Of a DNA stretch of 64,000 nt, positions 1-10,363 are shown piece by piece. Made by a program: the position numbers and the translations under genes. The stretch comes from Bacteroidota bacterium (lineage in GTDB: Bacteria > Bacteroidota > Bacteroidia > UKL13-3): positions 113,504 through 177,503 of the forward strand of contig CANHGM010000002.1 of the NCBI GenBank assembly GCA_947460345.1, written 5' to 3'. Position 1 is the first letter of the stretch. Each line of letters opens with the position of its first letter. The notes below the pieces were generated by a model. It had not been told where the DNA came from, ran no database searches, and worked only from the letters and a program-made list of their open reading frames with translations.

Positions 1-137
1 AAGGTTTAGATACAGCTCCTGAGTCTGTAAACAACGACCCATATGGTGCAGGTTGGATGGTAAAAGTTAAAATGAATAACTTAGGCGAAGTAGATGGCTT
101 AATGTCAGCTGCTGACTATGCTTCTTCTGTAGCGTAA
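1..137 (+). CDS. gcvH: Glycine cleavage system H protein, 3' end (runs off window)
   Basis: Manual translation from position 3 gives GLDTAPESVNNDPYGAGWMVKVKMNN...LMSAADY, the typical GcvH C-terminus (NxDPYGxGW). TAA at 135-137. Confidence 0.9.
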   Translation, partial: GLDTAPESVNNDPYGAGWMVKVKMNNLGEVDGLMSAADYASSVA

Positions 138-143
138 CCAACT

Positions 144-509
144 TTGTTCAAAACATTTATTCCCACAATACTGTGGGCTTTATTTGTATTAGTGTTGTGC
201 GGTTTCCCTGGAAACCAAATTCCAAATTTTGAATTTCTCAATCAAATATCATTTGATAAAATAATTCATATGGCCATTTTTGCAGTTCAATCATATTTGC
301 TTTTTCATGCCTTTACCTTTGAGTTTGCCAAAAGCAATTATGGGATGCTCATTTTAGATATAGCTTTATTTGGCTTATTGATAGAGTTTCTGCAGTCTTA
401 TGTTTTTGTTAATAGATATGGTGAATGGGTAGATGTGTTAGCAAACACATTAGGAGCCGCTTTGGGGGCTCTTTCTTTTTTTAAATTAAAACCAATAAAA
501 CTGAAGTAA
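144..509 (+). CDS. VanZ-family membrane protein
   Basis: DKIIH...F motif, GLLIEFLQ and R..EW.DVLANTLG. Follows gcvH, as is common in Bacteroidota. Confidence 0.85.
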   Translation: MFKTFIPTILWALFVLVLCGFPGNQIPNFEFLNQISFDKIIHMAIFAVQSYLLFHAFTFEFAKSNYGMLILDIALFGLLIEFLQSYVFVNRYGEWVDVLANTLGAALGALSFFKLKPIKLK

Positions 510-512
510 ACC

Positions 513-905
513 ATGAAAAAGTTCATTGTTCAAATAGCAGGTCTTTCTATAGGTTTAATGCTTATAACCTTACTCATTCAAAAAAATACGGCATACGACC
601 TAAGCTTAACCCATTTCTCTATTATTTACTTTGCGGCACTCAACTTTTTTGTGTACTACATTAGTACTTTAGGAATCGGAAAAAGCAATAGCATGTTTAT
701 GAAAACTTTCTACACAGGATTTTATTTACAACTATTTTTAAGCATTGCGGGCATACTTATTTACCTCATTTTCAGTAAACAAAAGAGTAAGCCATTTATT
801 ATTTCCTATTTAATCTTATACATTTTCTATACAGCATTTGAAATTTACCATTTGCTTATTACCTTGCGGGCGGTTTCAAAAAATAACCAAAACATTGAAA
901 AGTAG
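513..905 (+). CDS. 4-TM membrane protein, probable AtpI-like ATP synthase accessory protein
   Basis: Four hydrophobic helices; immediately upstream of atpB. Confidence 0.55.
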   Translation: MKKFIVQIAGLSIGLMLITLLIQKNTAYDLSLTHFSIIYFAALNFFVYYISTLGIGKSNSMFMKTFYTGFYLQLFLSIAGILIYLIFSKQKSKPFIISYLILYIFYTAFEIYHLLITLRAVSKNNQNIEK

Positions 906-915
906 CGTCAATACT

Positions 916-1989
916 ATGTTTGTTAATATTAAGAGTATAAAATTTTTATTCCTTGTAACGTTTTTTACGACGTTTTTTGCTTTTTCAGCATTCAGCCAAC
1001 ATGAAGAACATGCTGCTGCTACTGAGCATCATTCAGCTACTGAAAAATTCAAACCAGGTAAAATGATTCTTGAACATATCCGCGATGCTCACGATTGGCA
1101 TATTTGTGACATTGGTGGACATCCAGTTAGCGTTTCATTACCTATTATTATATATTCAGAAAAAGGCTTAGAAGTATTTTCATCAGCTAAATTTGAACAT
1201 GGTCATGCTTCTTATAATGGCTACAAATTAGTAGAAGGTGTAATTGAAGCTGAAGATGTAACGCATAAATTCTATGATTTATCTATTACTAAAAATGTAA
1301 TGGCCATGATGATTGGTTTTATATTACTCATTATCGTGATGTTATCTGTAGCTCGTTCATATAAAAATGGATTAGGAGCTCCTAAAGGTATTGGTGCTTT
1401 TGTAGAACCATTAATTGTGTTTTTACAAGATGAAGTAGTAAAGCCTTCTATTGGTAAACACTACGCCAGATACATGCCTTTATTGTTGACCATGTTTTTT
1501 GGTATATTCTTTTTAAACTTAATGGGATTAATTCCTATTATTCCGGGTGGAGCTAACGTTACCGGAAATATCGCTTTCACATTGGTACTAGCAGTAATCA
1601 CATTTATAGTGACTACCGTTACAGCTAAGAAAGACTATTGGAAACATATCTTAATGCCTGACGTTCCTGTATTGTTATACATCATTGTTATTCCAATCGA
1701 AATTATAGGTGTATTAAACAAACCCATCGTGTTAATGATACGTTTGTTTGCCAATATCACTGCAGGTCACATCATCATCTTAGGATTCTTTAGCTTAATA
1801 TTTATCTTTGGCGAAATGAGTTCAGGCTTAGGTTTAGGCGTATCAGTTTTCTCTGTGATATTCACCTTGTTTATGAGCTTTCTAGAATTATTGGTAGCTT
1901 TCTTACAAGCCTATGTATTTGTATTCTTATCATCATTGTTTTTTGGTCAAGCCATCGAAGAACACCACCACGCAGAAGCACATCACTAA
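916..1989 (+). CDS. atpB: F0F1 ATP synthase subunit a
   Basis: IRLFANITAGH and LQAYVF motifs, plus the Bacteroidota His-rich N-terminal extension. The in-frame ATG at 916 is preferred over the ORF-track start at 838, which overlaps the upstream gene. Confidence 0.95.
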   Translation: MFVNIKSIKFLFLVTFFTTFFAFSAFSQHEEHAAATEHHSATEKFKPGKMILEHIRDAHDWHICDIGGHPVSVSLPIIIYSEKGLEVFSSAKFEHGHASYNGYKLVEGVIEAEDVTHKFYDLSITKNVMAMMIGFILLIIVMLSVARSYKNGLGAPKGIGAFVEPLIVFLQDEVVKPSIGKHYARYMPLLLTMFFGIFFLNLMGLIPIIPGGANVTGNIAFTLVLAVITFIVTTVTAKKDYWKHILMPDVPVLLYIIVIPIEIIGVLNKPIVLMIRLFANITAGHIIILGFFSLIFIFGEMSSGLGLGVSVFSVIFTLFMSFLELLVAFLQAYVFVFLSSLFFGQAIEEHHHAEAHH

Positions 1990-2028
1990 AAATCTTTTTA
2001 AATAAATTCAAATTAAAAATTCAACAAA

Positions 2029-2286
2029 ATGACTCTATTAGACATTATTCTTCAAGCTCCAGTTGAAACTGGATTCGCTAAATTAGGTGCTGGTATCGGT
2101 GCTGGTATAGCTGCCTTAGGTGCAGGTGTAGGTATCGGACGTATCGGAGGTTCAGCTCTTGAATCTATTGCACGTCAGCCAGAAGCTAGCGGCGACATTC
2201 GTACAAACATGATTCTTGCTGCAGCCCTTGTTGAAGGAGCTGTATTCTTTGGTATCGTGGTTTGTCTTTTGATTTTGTTCGTATAA
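2029..2286 (+). CDS. atpE: F0F1 ATP synthase subunit c
   Basis: GxGxG helix, ARQPE loop and carboxylate in LVEGA. No Q...ES/T Na+-binding signature, so probably H+-coupled. Confidence 0.97.
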   Translation: MTLLDIILQAPVETGFAKLGAGIGAGIAALGAGVGIGRIGGSALESIARQPEASGDIRTNMILAAALVEGAVFFGIVVCLLILFV

Positions 2287-2326
2287 TTAGTCGACGGAAT
2301 ATCCGCACTATAAAATATTAAAGAAA

Positions 2327-2353
2327 CCTGCGACATGCTTTGTATGTCGCAGG
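2327..2353 (+). promoter_or_regulatory. Intercistronic stem-loop between atpE and atpF
   Basis: CCTGCGACAT-GCTTTGT-ATGTCGCAGG, a perfect 10-bp GC-rich stem with no U-tract. Confidence 0.6.
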
Positions 2354-2414
2354 AATCTAAATATATTGTACCAATAAAATTAAATAAACACTAACTCTAA
2401 ACAACTCAAAAGAA

Positions 2415-2906
2415 ATGTTTTTAGTAAAACCCGAACTAGGCTTAATTATATGGTCATCAGTAACTTTTTTGTTGCTGTTGTTCATATTATCTAAGTTTGC
2501 CTGGAAACCAATTTTAGCCGCGTTAAAAGAACGTGAGCAAAAAATATCTGATTCATTAGAATTAGCCGAAAAAACAAAACTCGAAATGCAAGCTGTTCAA
2601 GCTGGCAACGAAAGATTGTTAAATGAAGCTCGTTTAGAACGTGATAAGATTTTGAAAGAAGCAAAAGAAATGAAAGAAAGTATTCTTAATCAAGCAAAAA
2701 AATCTGCTGAGGATGAAACTAGAAAATCTATTGCACTAGCAAAAGAAGCTATAGACAAAGAAAAGTTTGCTGCAATGTCAGAAATGAAATCTGCTGCTGC
2801 AACTTTAAGTGTTGAAATAGCTGAAAAAATATTGCGTAAAAAACTGGAAAATTCAGCTGAACAAGATAGCCTTATCAATGAATATCTTAAACAAATGAAT
2901 GCTTAA
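2415..2906 (+). CDS. atpF: F0F1 ATP synthase subunit b
   Basis: N-terminal TM (PELGLIIW...KFAWKPIL) followed by coiled coil; operon position. Confidence 0.95.
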   Translation: MFLVKPELGLIIWSSVTFLLLLFILSKFAWKPILAALKEREQKISDSLELAEKTKLEMQAVQAGNERLLNEARLERDKILKEAKEMKESILNQAKKSAEDETRKSIALAKEAIDKEKFAAMSEMKSAAATLSVEIAEKILRKKLENSAEQDSLINEYLKQMNA

Positions 2907-2912
2907 CAAGCT

Positions 2913-3467
2913 ATGAGAGAAACTAAAGTATCATCACGTTATGCCCGTTCATTAGTTGATATGGCTTTAGCCAAAAATCAAGTTCCTCAAATCAAAACAG
3001 ATATGGACTTGGTTTTGAAAACTATCGATGACAGTCGTGAACTTGAAAATTTGTTAGCGAGTCCAATTATTAGTAGTGCAATTAAATCTACTATTATAAA
3101 ACAGGTATTTGAAGGCAAAGTAAGCAAAGACGTTTTCGATTTTATGAATCTTGTGATTAGTAAAAAAAGAGAAGGCTTGCTATTAAGCATTGCTTATGCT
3201 TTTGTTGACCAATACAATGTGATATATGATATAGTAAATGCTTCTTGTATCACAGCCCAACCAATTAATGACGATACCAAAAATATCATCAAAAAAGATC
3301 TTGAGAATAAACTCAACAAAAAAATAAACATTCAATTCAAGGTAAGTGAAGATATCATAGGCGGAATCATCATACAGTTTTCAGATAAATTGTACGATGC
3401 TTCAATAGCCCATCAATTAAAACTTATCAAAAAAGAACTTATCAATTCATACATTTCAAATAATTAA
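2913..3467 (+). CDS. atpH: F0F1 ATP synthase subunit delta
   Basis: RYARSL N-terminus and IIGG...YDAS C-terminus; operon position. Confidence 0.95.
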   Translation: MRETKVSSRYARSLVDMALAKNQVPQIKTDMDLVLKTIDDSRELENLLASPIISSAIKSTIIKQVFEGKVSKDVFDFMNLVISKKREGLLLSIAYAFVDQYNVIYDIVNASCITAQPINDDTKNIIKKDLENKLNKKINIQFKVSEDIIGGIIIQFSDKLYDASIAHQLKLIKKELINSYISNN

Positions 3468-3473
3468 TTAATC

Positions 3474-5054
3474 ATGGTTAGTATCAGACCGGATGAGGTA
3501 TCAGCAATAATTCGCGAACAGCTTACAGGCTTTAAAAGCGAAGCACAACTAGAAGAAGTAGGAACAGTACTTCAAGTTGGAGACGGTATAGCACGTATTT
3601 ACGGACTCACCAAAGTTCAATCAGGTGAGTTAATTGAGTTTAGTAACGGACTAAGAGGTATCGTACTAAATCTTGAAGAAAACAACGTAGGTGCTGTGTT
3701 ATTAGGTTCTTCAGACAACGTAAAAGAAGGAGATAACGTTAAACGTACTGGAAAAATTGCCTCTATTAACGTAGGTGAAGGTATGTTAGGACGTGTAGTG
3801 AACACCCTAGGTGCTCCTATAGATGGTAAAGGACCAATTCCTGGTGAATTGTTTGAAATGCCAATTGAGCGAAAAGCTCCTGGCGTACTTTTTAGAGAGC
3901 CAGTTAAAGAACCACTTCAAACTGGTATCAAAGCTATTGATGCAATGATTCCTATTGGCCGTGGTCAAAGAGAATTAGTTATTGGTGACCGTCAAACTGG
4001 TAAATCTGCCGTTTGTATAGATACCATTATCAACCAAAAAGAATTTTTCGATGCTGGTAAACCTGTATATTGTATTTATGTGGCTATCGGTCAAAAAGCA
4101 TCTACTGTAGCTCAAGTGGTGAAAACCCTTGAAGAAAACGGTGCAATGCAATATACTGTGGTAGTAGCGGCAACCGCTGCTGACCCAGCTCCAATGCAAT
4201 TCTACGCTCCTATGGCTGGTGCTGCAATTGGTGAGTATTTCCGCGACCTTGGTAAACCTGCTTTGATTGTTTATGACGATTTGTCTAAACAAGCGGTAGC
4301 TTATCGTGAGGTGTCTTTGCTTTTGAAAAGACCTCCAGGCCGTGAGGCTTATCCAGGTGACGTGTTCTACTTACATAGCCGTTTGCTTGAGCGTTCTTGC
4401 AAATTGAATGCAAATGACGAAATCACTTCTAAAATGAACGACTTACCTGATTCTTTAAAAGGTAAAGTTAAAGGTGGTGGATCATTAACAGCTCTTCCAA
4501 TTATCGAAACTCAAGCTGGCGACGTATCTGCTTATATCCCAACCAACGTAATCTCAATTACCGATGGTCAAATATTCTTGGAGTCTAACTTATTCAACTC
4601 TGGTGTTCGTCCCGCTATCAACGTGGGTATCTCAGTAAGTCGTGTGGGTGGTAATGCTCAAATCAAGTCTATGAAAAAAGTAGCTGGTACCTTAAAACTT
4701 GACCAAGCTCAATACCGTGAACTTGAAGCATTTGCTAAATTTGGTTCTGACTTGGACGCAGCTACAAAATCAGTGTTAACTAAAGGTGCTCGTAACGTAG
4801 AAATTCTTAAACAAGCTCAATTTAGCCCACTCACAGTAGAGAAGCAAACAGCAATCATATACTTAGGTACTAAAGGTTTGTTAAACGAAGCATCTATTAA
4901 TAAAGTAAGAGACTTTGAATCTTCTTTCTTACAAGTATTAGAAACCAAACATGCCGACACTTTAGCTGCTATTAAAAAAGGAGTTATTGATGATAGCGTA
5001 ACTTCAGTTTTAGAATCAGTAGCAAAAGATTTGATTTCTAGTTATAAAGACTAA
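3474..5054 (+). CDS. atpA: F0F1 ATP synthase subunit alpha
   Basis: GDRQTGKS Walker A; [22 protein letters not shown]. Confidence 0.99.
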   Translation: MVSIRPDEVSAIIREQLTGFKSEAQLEEVGTVLQVGDGIARIYGLTKVQSGELIEFSNGLRGIVLNLEENNVGAVLLGSSDNVKEGDNVKRTGKIASINVGEGMLGRVVNTLGAPIDGKGPIPGELFEMPIERKAPGVLFREPVKEPLQTGIKAIDAMIPIGRGQRELVIGDRQTGKSAVCIDTIINQKEFFDAGKPVYCIYVAIGQKASTVAQVVKTLEENGAMQYTVVVAATAADPAPMQFYAPMAGAAIGEYFRDLGKPALIVYDDLSKQAVAYREVSLLLKRPPGREAYPGDVFYLHSRLLERSCKLNANDEITSKMNDLPDSLKGKVKGGGSLTALPIIETQAGDVSAYIPTNVISITDGQIFLESNLFNSGVRPAINVGISVSRVGGNAQIKSMKKVAGTLKLDQAQYRELEAFAKFGSDLDAATKSVLTKGARNVEILKQAQFSPLTVEKQTAIIYLGTKGLLNEASINKVRDFESSFLQVLETKHADTLAAIKKGVIDDSVTSVLESVAKDLISSYKD

Positions 5055-5071
5055 TATAGTAAAGTTTATCA

Positions 5072-5956
5072 ATGGCTAATTTAAAGGAAGTAAGGATAAG
5101 AATTAAATCTGTTTCATCAACCCAACAGATTACAAAGGCAATGAAGCTTGTGAGTGCTACCAAGCTTAGAAAAGCTCAAGGTGCCATAGTGCAAATGAGG
5201 CCTTATGCCAATAAACTTAAAAGTATTATGCAAAATCTCAGTGATAGTATTGACTCTCCTGAATTAGCTGTATACTTTAACGAAAGAGATGTAAAGAATG
5301 TGTTGATGATTGTAGTAACAAGTGACAGAGGTCTTTGTGGTGCGTTTAATGCCAATGTATGCAAACTTGGTAAACTAACCATCCAAGAGCAATATTCTTC
5401 TTGCTATGAAAATGGAAATATAACTGTACTGCCAATTGGTAAAAAAGGTTTTGAATTTTTTAATAAAGATAAAAATTTAAAATTAGATACTTCTTATAGA
5501 GAATTATTCCAAAATCTGACTTCAGAAAATGTTTTTGAAGCTGGAGATAAAATAATGGAAATGTATAGAGAAGGTAAGTATGATAAAGTGGTTATAGTGT
5601 ATAATCAGTTTAAAAATGCTGCAACTCAAATATTAACAAACGAGCAATTGTTACCTGTTACTAAACCAACTGAAACTGGAGTTGTTACAACTAAAAATGA
5701 ATATATATTTGAACCTTCAAAAACAGATTTACTTAGCGATTTAATACCTCGTTCTTTAAAAACACAACTATATAAAGCATGTATTGATTCTTTTGCTTCT
5801 GAACATGGTGCTAGAATGGTAGCAATGGAAAAAGCAACAGAAAATGCTGGTGAATTGCTTAAGACATTACGTTTACAATATAACCAAGCTCGTCAAGCTG
5901 CTATTACTACTGAATTAAGTGAGATAGTAGGAGGTGCTGCAGCTATGGGTAATTAA
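5072..5956 (+). CDS. atpG: F0F1 ATP synthase subunit gamma
   Basis: QITKAMK, SDRGLCG and YNQARQAAITTELSEI. Confidence 0.99.
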   Translation: MANLKEVRIRIKSVSSTQQITKAMKLVSATKLRKAQGAIVQMRPYANKLKSIMQNLSDSIDSPELAVYFNERDVKNVLMIVVTSDRGLCGAFNANVCKLGKLTIQEQYSSCYENGNITVLPIGKKGFEFFNKDKNLKLDTSYRELFQNLTSENVFEAGDKIMEMYREGKYDKVVIVYNQFKNAATQILTNEQLLPVTKPTETGVVTTKNEYIFEPSKTDLLSDLIPRSLKTQLYKACIDSFASEHGARMVAMEKATENAGELLKTLRLQYNQARQAAITTELSEIVGGAAAMGN

Positions 5957-5972
5957 TTTGTATCAAGATTTT

Positions 5973-6010
5973 TTAAAACCTCAGATATATATCTGAGGTT
6001 TTAATTTTTA
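5973..6010 (+). terminator. Intrinsic terminator after atpG
   Basis: Perfect 32-bp palindrome TTAAAACCTCAGATAT/ATATCTGAGGTTTTAA (5973-6004) followed by a T run. Confidence 0.8.
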
Positions 6011-6061
6011 TTTAATATTAAATTCTAATACTTCTTCTTTTACTTTTACTTTGCATTTCTT

Positions 6062-8527
6062 TTGAATTATAAATTATCACAAATAGCAAGCATTGTTGGA
6101 GGCGAACTAATTGGTAAAGACTATAGCATTGCTCAAGTTTTTACTGATAGCAGAACTATTTCTAATATAAACCCTGAAACAGCTCTTTTTGTTGCATTAA
6201 ATAGTCAAAGGCAAAATGGTGAAAGATATATTACAGACTTATATCAATTAGGTTTTAGATATTTCTTATCAGAAAATGTATCTGAAGCGTATACTAATAT
6301 GTCTTATATTATTGTTCAGAATAGTCTTGATGCAATTCAGAAATTAGCAACATACCACCGCAAACTATTTAGAATGCCTTTGATTGCCATTACTGGCTCA
6401 AATGGAAAAACTGTAGTAAAAGAATGGTTGTTTCAACTACTCCATTCTAGTTTTAATATAGTAAGAAGCCCAGGCAGCTACAATTCTCAACTTGGTGTAC
6501 CACTTTCGCTTTTGCAAATGGAATCATCTCATTCTCTTGCTATTATTGAAGCTGGCATTTCTAAACCAAATGAAATGCAGAAATTACAACATATTATAAA
6601 TCCTGATATGGTAATTCTTACTCATATAGGGTCTGCACATGACGAAGGCTTTGAGAATAAAGAACAAAAAATTAGAGAAAAACTTAAGCTTGCTGAAAAT
6701 GCAGATTGCTTGGTGTATAACAAAGATGACGAACAAGTAAATAAATTAGTAAGTGAGTTTCTAGCTCATCACTTTATTAAATCATATAGTTGGAGCCTTA
6801 ATTCTGATGCTACAGTAAGTGTATACAAAATAGTAAAAAACATTGACCAAACGGAAATTCATTTTTTATACAAGTCAACCTCGTTAAATTTTTGTATCCC
6901 TTTTACTGATGATGCGTCTATTGAGAATGCTCTCTCTTGTGTTTGCTCCCTTATAGCTATTGAGAGATTAGATTTGGATATTCTATTAGCATTTAGTAAG
7001 CTTGTTTCTGTTTCAGGAAGACTTGAACAAAAGAAAGGAATTAATAATAGTTTGCTAATCAATGATAGTTACAGTAATGATTTTCATTCTCTTCAAACAG
7101 GATTGAATTTTATGGATAGACAAAATCCATTACTAGCAAAAACTGTGATATTGAGCGATATGTTAGAAAGTGGTATTAGTAAAAAAGATTTATATCAAAA
7201 GATTAGTGAGCTTTTAAACAAACATAAAATAAATAAACTTATAGCTATTGGTGCTGAAATATCAGAATGTAAAAACTATTTTAAAAGCATTCCTCATTCT
7301 ATATTTTATAATTCAATTGAAGAATATTTGAATAATTTTAATAGTAGAATATTTGGTAATGAAATAATTTTACTAAAAGGAGCAAGGATGTTTCATTTTG
7401 AAAGGATACTATTATTATTAGAAAAGCAAGTTCATCAAACTGTTTTGGAAATTAATTTAGATGCAATAGTTCATAACTTAAATATTTATAAAAATCAACT
7501 GTCAAAACACACTAAATTGATGGTAATGGTAAAAGCATTTAGTTATGGTAGCGGCAGTTTTGAATTAGCTAAGTTATTACAATACCAAAGAGTAGATTAC
7601 CTAGCTGTAGCATATGAGGATGAAGGTATGACACTTAGGAATGCAGGAATTACACTTCCTATAATGGTTATGAATGCTTCTGCTAAGGCTTATAAGCTCA
7701 TGCTAGACTATGATATTGAACCTTCTATATATTCAATTGAGATGCTCAGAAGTTTGGCAAGCTTTATACAAAACTCAACTAAGGAAATTGGAGTACATTT
7801 AGAATTTGAAACGGGAATGAACAGACTTGGTATTTCAATAGATGATATTGATGAAGTCATCACAATTTTAAATTTACATCCTCAAATAGAAATAAAATCT
7901 ATATTTACACATATGGCCTCGGCAGATGATTCTTCTGATGATGAGTATACACAAAAGCAGCTTTTGTTGTTTAAAGAAGCCCATTCAAAAGTTTGCCTTT
8001 CGTTAAAGAAAAATATATTATCTCATGCTGCAAATTCTGCTGGAATTTCTAGGTTTAATGGTTATAATTTAGGAATGGCTAGACTTGGAATTGGCTTGCA
8101 TGGAATAGACCCTTCAACAGAAATTCAAAAACAATTGAAGCCAGTTTCGAAACTAAAGTCTATTATAACCCAAGTACGGTTGGTTAAAAAAGGTGAGACC
8201 ATTGGATATAATAGAAAAACCAAGGCTGAACATGATTTCAACATGGCTGTAGTTGCAATAGGCTATGCTGATGGTTTGAATAGAATGCTTAGCAACAGAA
8301 AGGGCAAACTATATGTTAATGGAGTATCTTGTGAGATTGTAGGGAATGTATGTATGGATATGTGTATGATAGATTTAGGAAATCTAATAGTATATGAAGG
8401 ACAAGAAGTTATTGTATTTGAGGACATCTGTCAATTGAATGCTTTGGCCAAATCTTGTCAGACTATTGTATATGAAGTACTAACCGGAATATCAGAAAGA
8501 ATTACAAGGGTTTATTTACAAGAATAA
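6062..8527 (+). CDS. alr: Bifunctional UDP-N-acetylmuramoyl-tripeptide:D-Ala-D-Ala ligase-like / alanine racemase
   Basis: N-terminal Mur ligase (DSR, ITGSNGKT, EAGIS, INDSYS). C-terminal racemase (VMVKAFSYGSG with PLP lysine, ETGMNRLG, IGYADG, VCMDM). TTG start. Confidence 0.93.
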   Translation: MNYKLSQIASIVGGELIGKDYSIAQVFTDSRTISNINPETALFVALNSQRQNGERYITDLYQLGFRYFLSENVSEAYTNMSYIIVQNSLDAIQKLATYHRKLFRMPLIAITGSNGKTVVKEWLFQLLHSSFNIVRSPGSYNSQLGVPLSLLQMESSHSLAIIEAGISKPNEMQKLQHIINPDMVILTHIGSAHDEGFENKEQKIREKLKLAENADCLVYNKDDEQVNKLVSEFLAHHFIKSYSWSLNSDATVSVYKIVKNIDQTEIHFLYKSTSLNFCIPFTDDASIENALSCVCSLIAIERLDLDILLAFSKLVSVSGRLEQKKGINNSLLINDSYSNDFHSLQTGLNFMDRQNPLLAKTVILSDMLESGISKKDLYQKISELLNKHKINKLIAIGAEISECKNYFKSIPHSIFYNSIEEYLNNFNSRIFGNEIILLKGARMFHFERILLLLEKQVHQTVLEINLDAIVHNLNIYKNQLSKHTKLMVMVKAFSYGSGSFELAKLLQYQRVDYLAVAYEDEGMTLRNAGITLPIMVMNASAKAYKLMLDYDIEPSIYSIEMLRSLASFIQNSTKEIGVHLEFETGMNRLGISIDDIDEVITILNLHPQIEIKSIFTHMASADDSSDDEYTQKQLLLFKEAHSKVCLSLKKNILSHAANSAGISRFNGYNLGMARLGIGLHGIDPSTEIQKQLKPVSKLKSIITQVRLVKKGETIGYNRKTKAEHDFNMAVVAIGYADGLNRMLSNRKGKLYVNGVSCEIVGNVCMDMCMIDLGNLIVYEGQEVIVFEDICQLNALAKSCQTIVYEVLTGISERITRVYLQE

Positions 8528-8530
8528 GAA

Positions 8531-9229
8531 ATGATAAAAGGCATTTTGTATTTAGTTCCTACACCCATTGGTATTAATAGTTTGATTTCTAGTCAAACCA
8601 AGGAATTGGTATGTAAGACTCGACATTTTATTGTTGAAACAGAAAAAGATGCTAGAAGGTTTTTGAAGCTTTGTGGTTATGATTTAAAGAATCATTATCC
8701 AGAATTTTATTTATTAAATGAACACAATGCTCATATGAGCATTGAAGAATACCTAAGCCCAATAAATCAAGGTTTCAATATGGTTATCATGAGTGATGCT
8801 GGAATTCCTTGTGTGGCAGATCCCGGTTATCAAGTTGTGAAATTGTGCCATCAAAAAGGAGTAGAGGTGATTCCTGTTTCAGGTTCATCATCAATTTTTC
8901 TTGCATTAATGTCTTCAGGATTTAATGGTCAAAACTTTTCTTTTCATGGATATTTACCTATGGACAAACAAGCACGTGCAGCTAAGTTAAAAAATATAGA
9001 ATTTGATATTTTTAAAAATAATACATCACATCTGTTTATAGAGACGCCATATCGTAACAATCAATTACTAGCTGACTTGTTACTGAACCTGCCTTCAGAT
9101 AGGCTTTTGTGTATTGCAATTGATATTGAAGGAGAGCACCAAATGATTAAAACTTTATCCATAAAAACTTGGAAAACTATGTCTGTAGTATTAGATAAAA
9201 GTCCAGCAGTTTTTGTTCTGGGGAAATAA
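8531..9229 (+). CDS. Tetrapyrrole-methylase-family SAM-dependent methyltransferase (RsmI-like)
   Basis: LYLVPTPIG, SDAGIPCVADPG, SGFNGQNFSFHGYLP and FIETPYRN. Confidence 0.85.
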   Translation: MIKGILYLVPTPIGINSLISSQTKELVCKTRHFIVETEKDARRFLKLCGYDLKNHYPEFYLLNEHNAHMSIEEYLSPINQGFNMVIMSDAGIPCVADPGYQVVKLCHQKGVEVIPVSGSSSIFLALMSSGFNGQNFSFHGYLPMDKQARAAKLKNIEFDIFKNNTSHLFIETPYRNNQLLADLLLNLPSDRLLCIAIDIEGEHQMIKTLSIKTWKTMSVVLDKSPAVFVLGK

Positions 9230-9279
9230 TAAATTCTAACCAAATAGTTGATCCGGATTTATTATTTTAAAGTTTATTA

Positions 9280-9996
9280 TTATTTGATACCATCAGTTTC
9301 GCTTTTAATGTTTTTGCCATTTGATGAGGCTGATAATACTTTCCATTCTTCTCTATAGCCTACTTCAAATTCTTTTAAAAAGTTGATGTTTAATGTACGA
9401 ATTGAAACTCTTTGAGCTATTTCTCCAGCATTGTTTGTTTTAAAATCTTTTATTGCATATGATCTTCCAATTTGACGAATGATCTCTTTTTCACTTAAAC
9501 TAGATGTTTTTTGTTGTAATTTAACTTGGTCTACTATGTTGCAAGCTGAAATAAATGAACGGAATTGAGTTAACATTTCGAAAGTATCAACCTCTAACTT
9601 ACACTGAAACATAATACTTTTGTCTGGGCTATAAAGATAGAGTGCTGGCATAATTAATACACCATGCTTAGCAGCCATTTGTTTACCATATTTAGTTGAA
9701 ACGTCACCATTCATACAAATGTATCTATTCCTTATCGTACCTTTTACTTTAACATGATTCATGATTTCTCTCGAGAATTTCTTACTTGATAAGCAAGTTT
9801 GAGAATGGATATATATTAAAACAGGTTTGTTTTCAGTTTGTGCAATTTCAAAAACTTTTTCTTGAGATTCTTTCATCATATATTCTAACTTACCCTGAAC
9901 AAGTTGTTGTTGTGCACTTGATTCATAGGTATTAGTAACTATAATAGCCAAGCTAAATAAAATAGCTAATAGAATTTGATTGATAAAATTTTTCAT
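9280..9996 (-). CDS. Exported thioredoxin-fold protein with CxxS-type site
   Basis: Signal peptide; A..ENKPVLIYIHS..CLSS and a later GV..MP (cis-Pro-like) segment typical of the thioredoxin fold. Confidence 0.6.
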   Translation of the reverse strand: MKNFINQILLAILFSLAIIVTNTYESSAQQQLVQGKLEYMMKESQEKVFEIAQTENKPVLIYIHSQTCLSSKKFSREIMNHVKVKGTIRNRYICMNGDVSTKYGKQMAAKHGVLIMPALYLYSPDKSIMFQCKLEVDTFEMLTQFRSFISACNIVDQVKLQQKTSSLSEKEIIRQIGRSYAIKDFKTNNAGEIAQRVSIRTLNINFLKEFEVGYREEWKVLSASSNGKNIKSETDGIK

Positions 9997-10075
9997 TGTG
10001 GTATTTTTTTAGAATTGTTTCATATATCCTTATGATAGTGTAAAATGCTTATAAGAACATAAATGAAACAATGTA

Positions 10076-10083
10076 CAAATATA
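10076..10083 (-). promoter_or_regulatory. Bacteroidota primary-sigma -7 element
   Basis: TATATTTG on the minus strand (TAnnTTTG consensus) upstream of the thioredoxin-like gene. Confidence 0.5.
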
Positions 10084-10151
10084 CGATTATCTTATTAATT
10101 TAAAAATCCAAGATATTAAGCCTAGATTTTTTTATTTTTTATTCTTTAATC

Positions 10152-10277
10152 TTATTTAATACTAGCAGCTTCGCTTGTATTGTGTTTGCCATTTGAAGCA
10201 ACCAATACGTCCATTTTTCTCTATAACCTACATCAAATTCTTTGAAAAAGTTAATATTTTTTAAATTTGTTTTAAAT
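10152..10277 (-). pseudogene. Decayed duplicate of the 3' end of the 9280-9996 gene
   Basis: 10152-10259 aligns by eye to 9280-9391 at roughly 80% identity with small indels, including the stop codon. Peptide NINFFKEFDVGYREKW matches NINFLKEFEVGYREEW. Confidence 0.8.
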
Positions 10278-10363
10278 GAAAATATAACAATTTGTGTAAA
10301 AACTGTAAGTAACATCAAGTATATAAACATTAATATCGCAAGGTTTTTATAACATTCAAAAAC

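Noticed and set aside
916-5956. atp operon lacks atpD and atpC
   Set aside because: A split atp operon is common in free-living Bacteroidota; not novel.
6062-8527. MurF-Alr fusion
   Set aside because: Known, widespread Bacteroidota architecture.
10139-10330. 63-aa ORF as a real small gene
   Set aside because: Explained as a frameshifted remnant of the neighbouring gene's 3' end.
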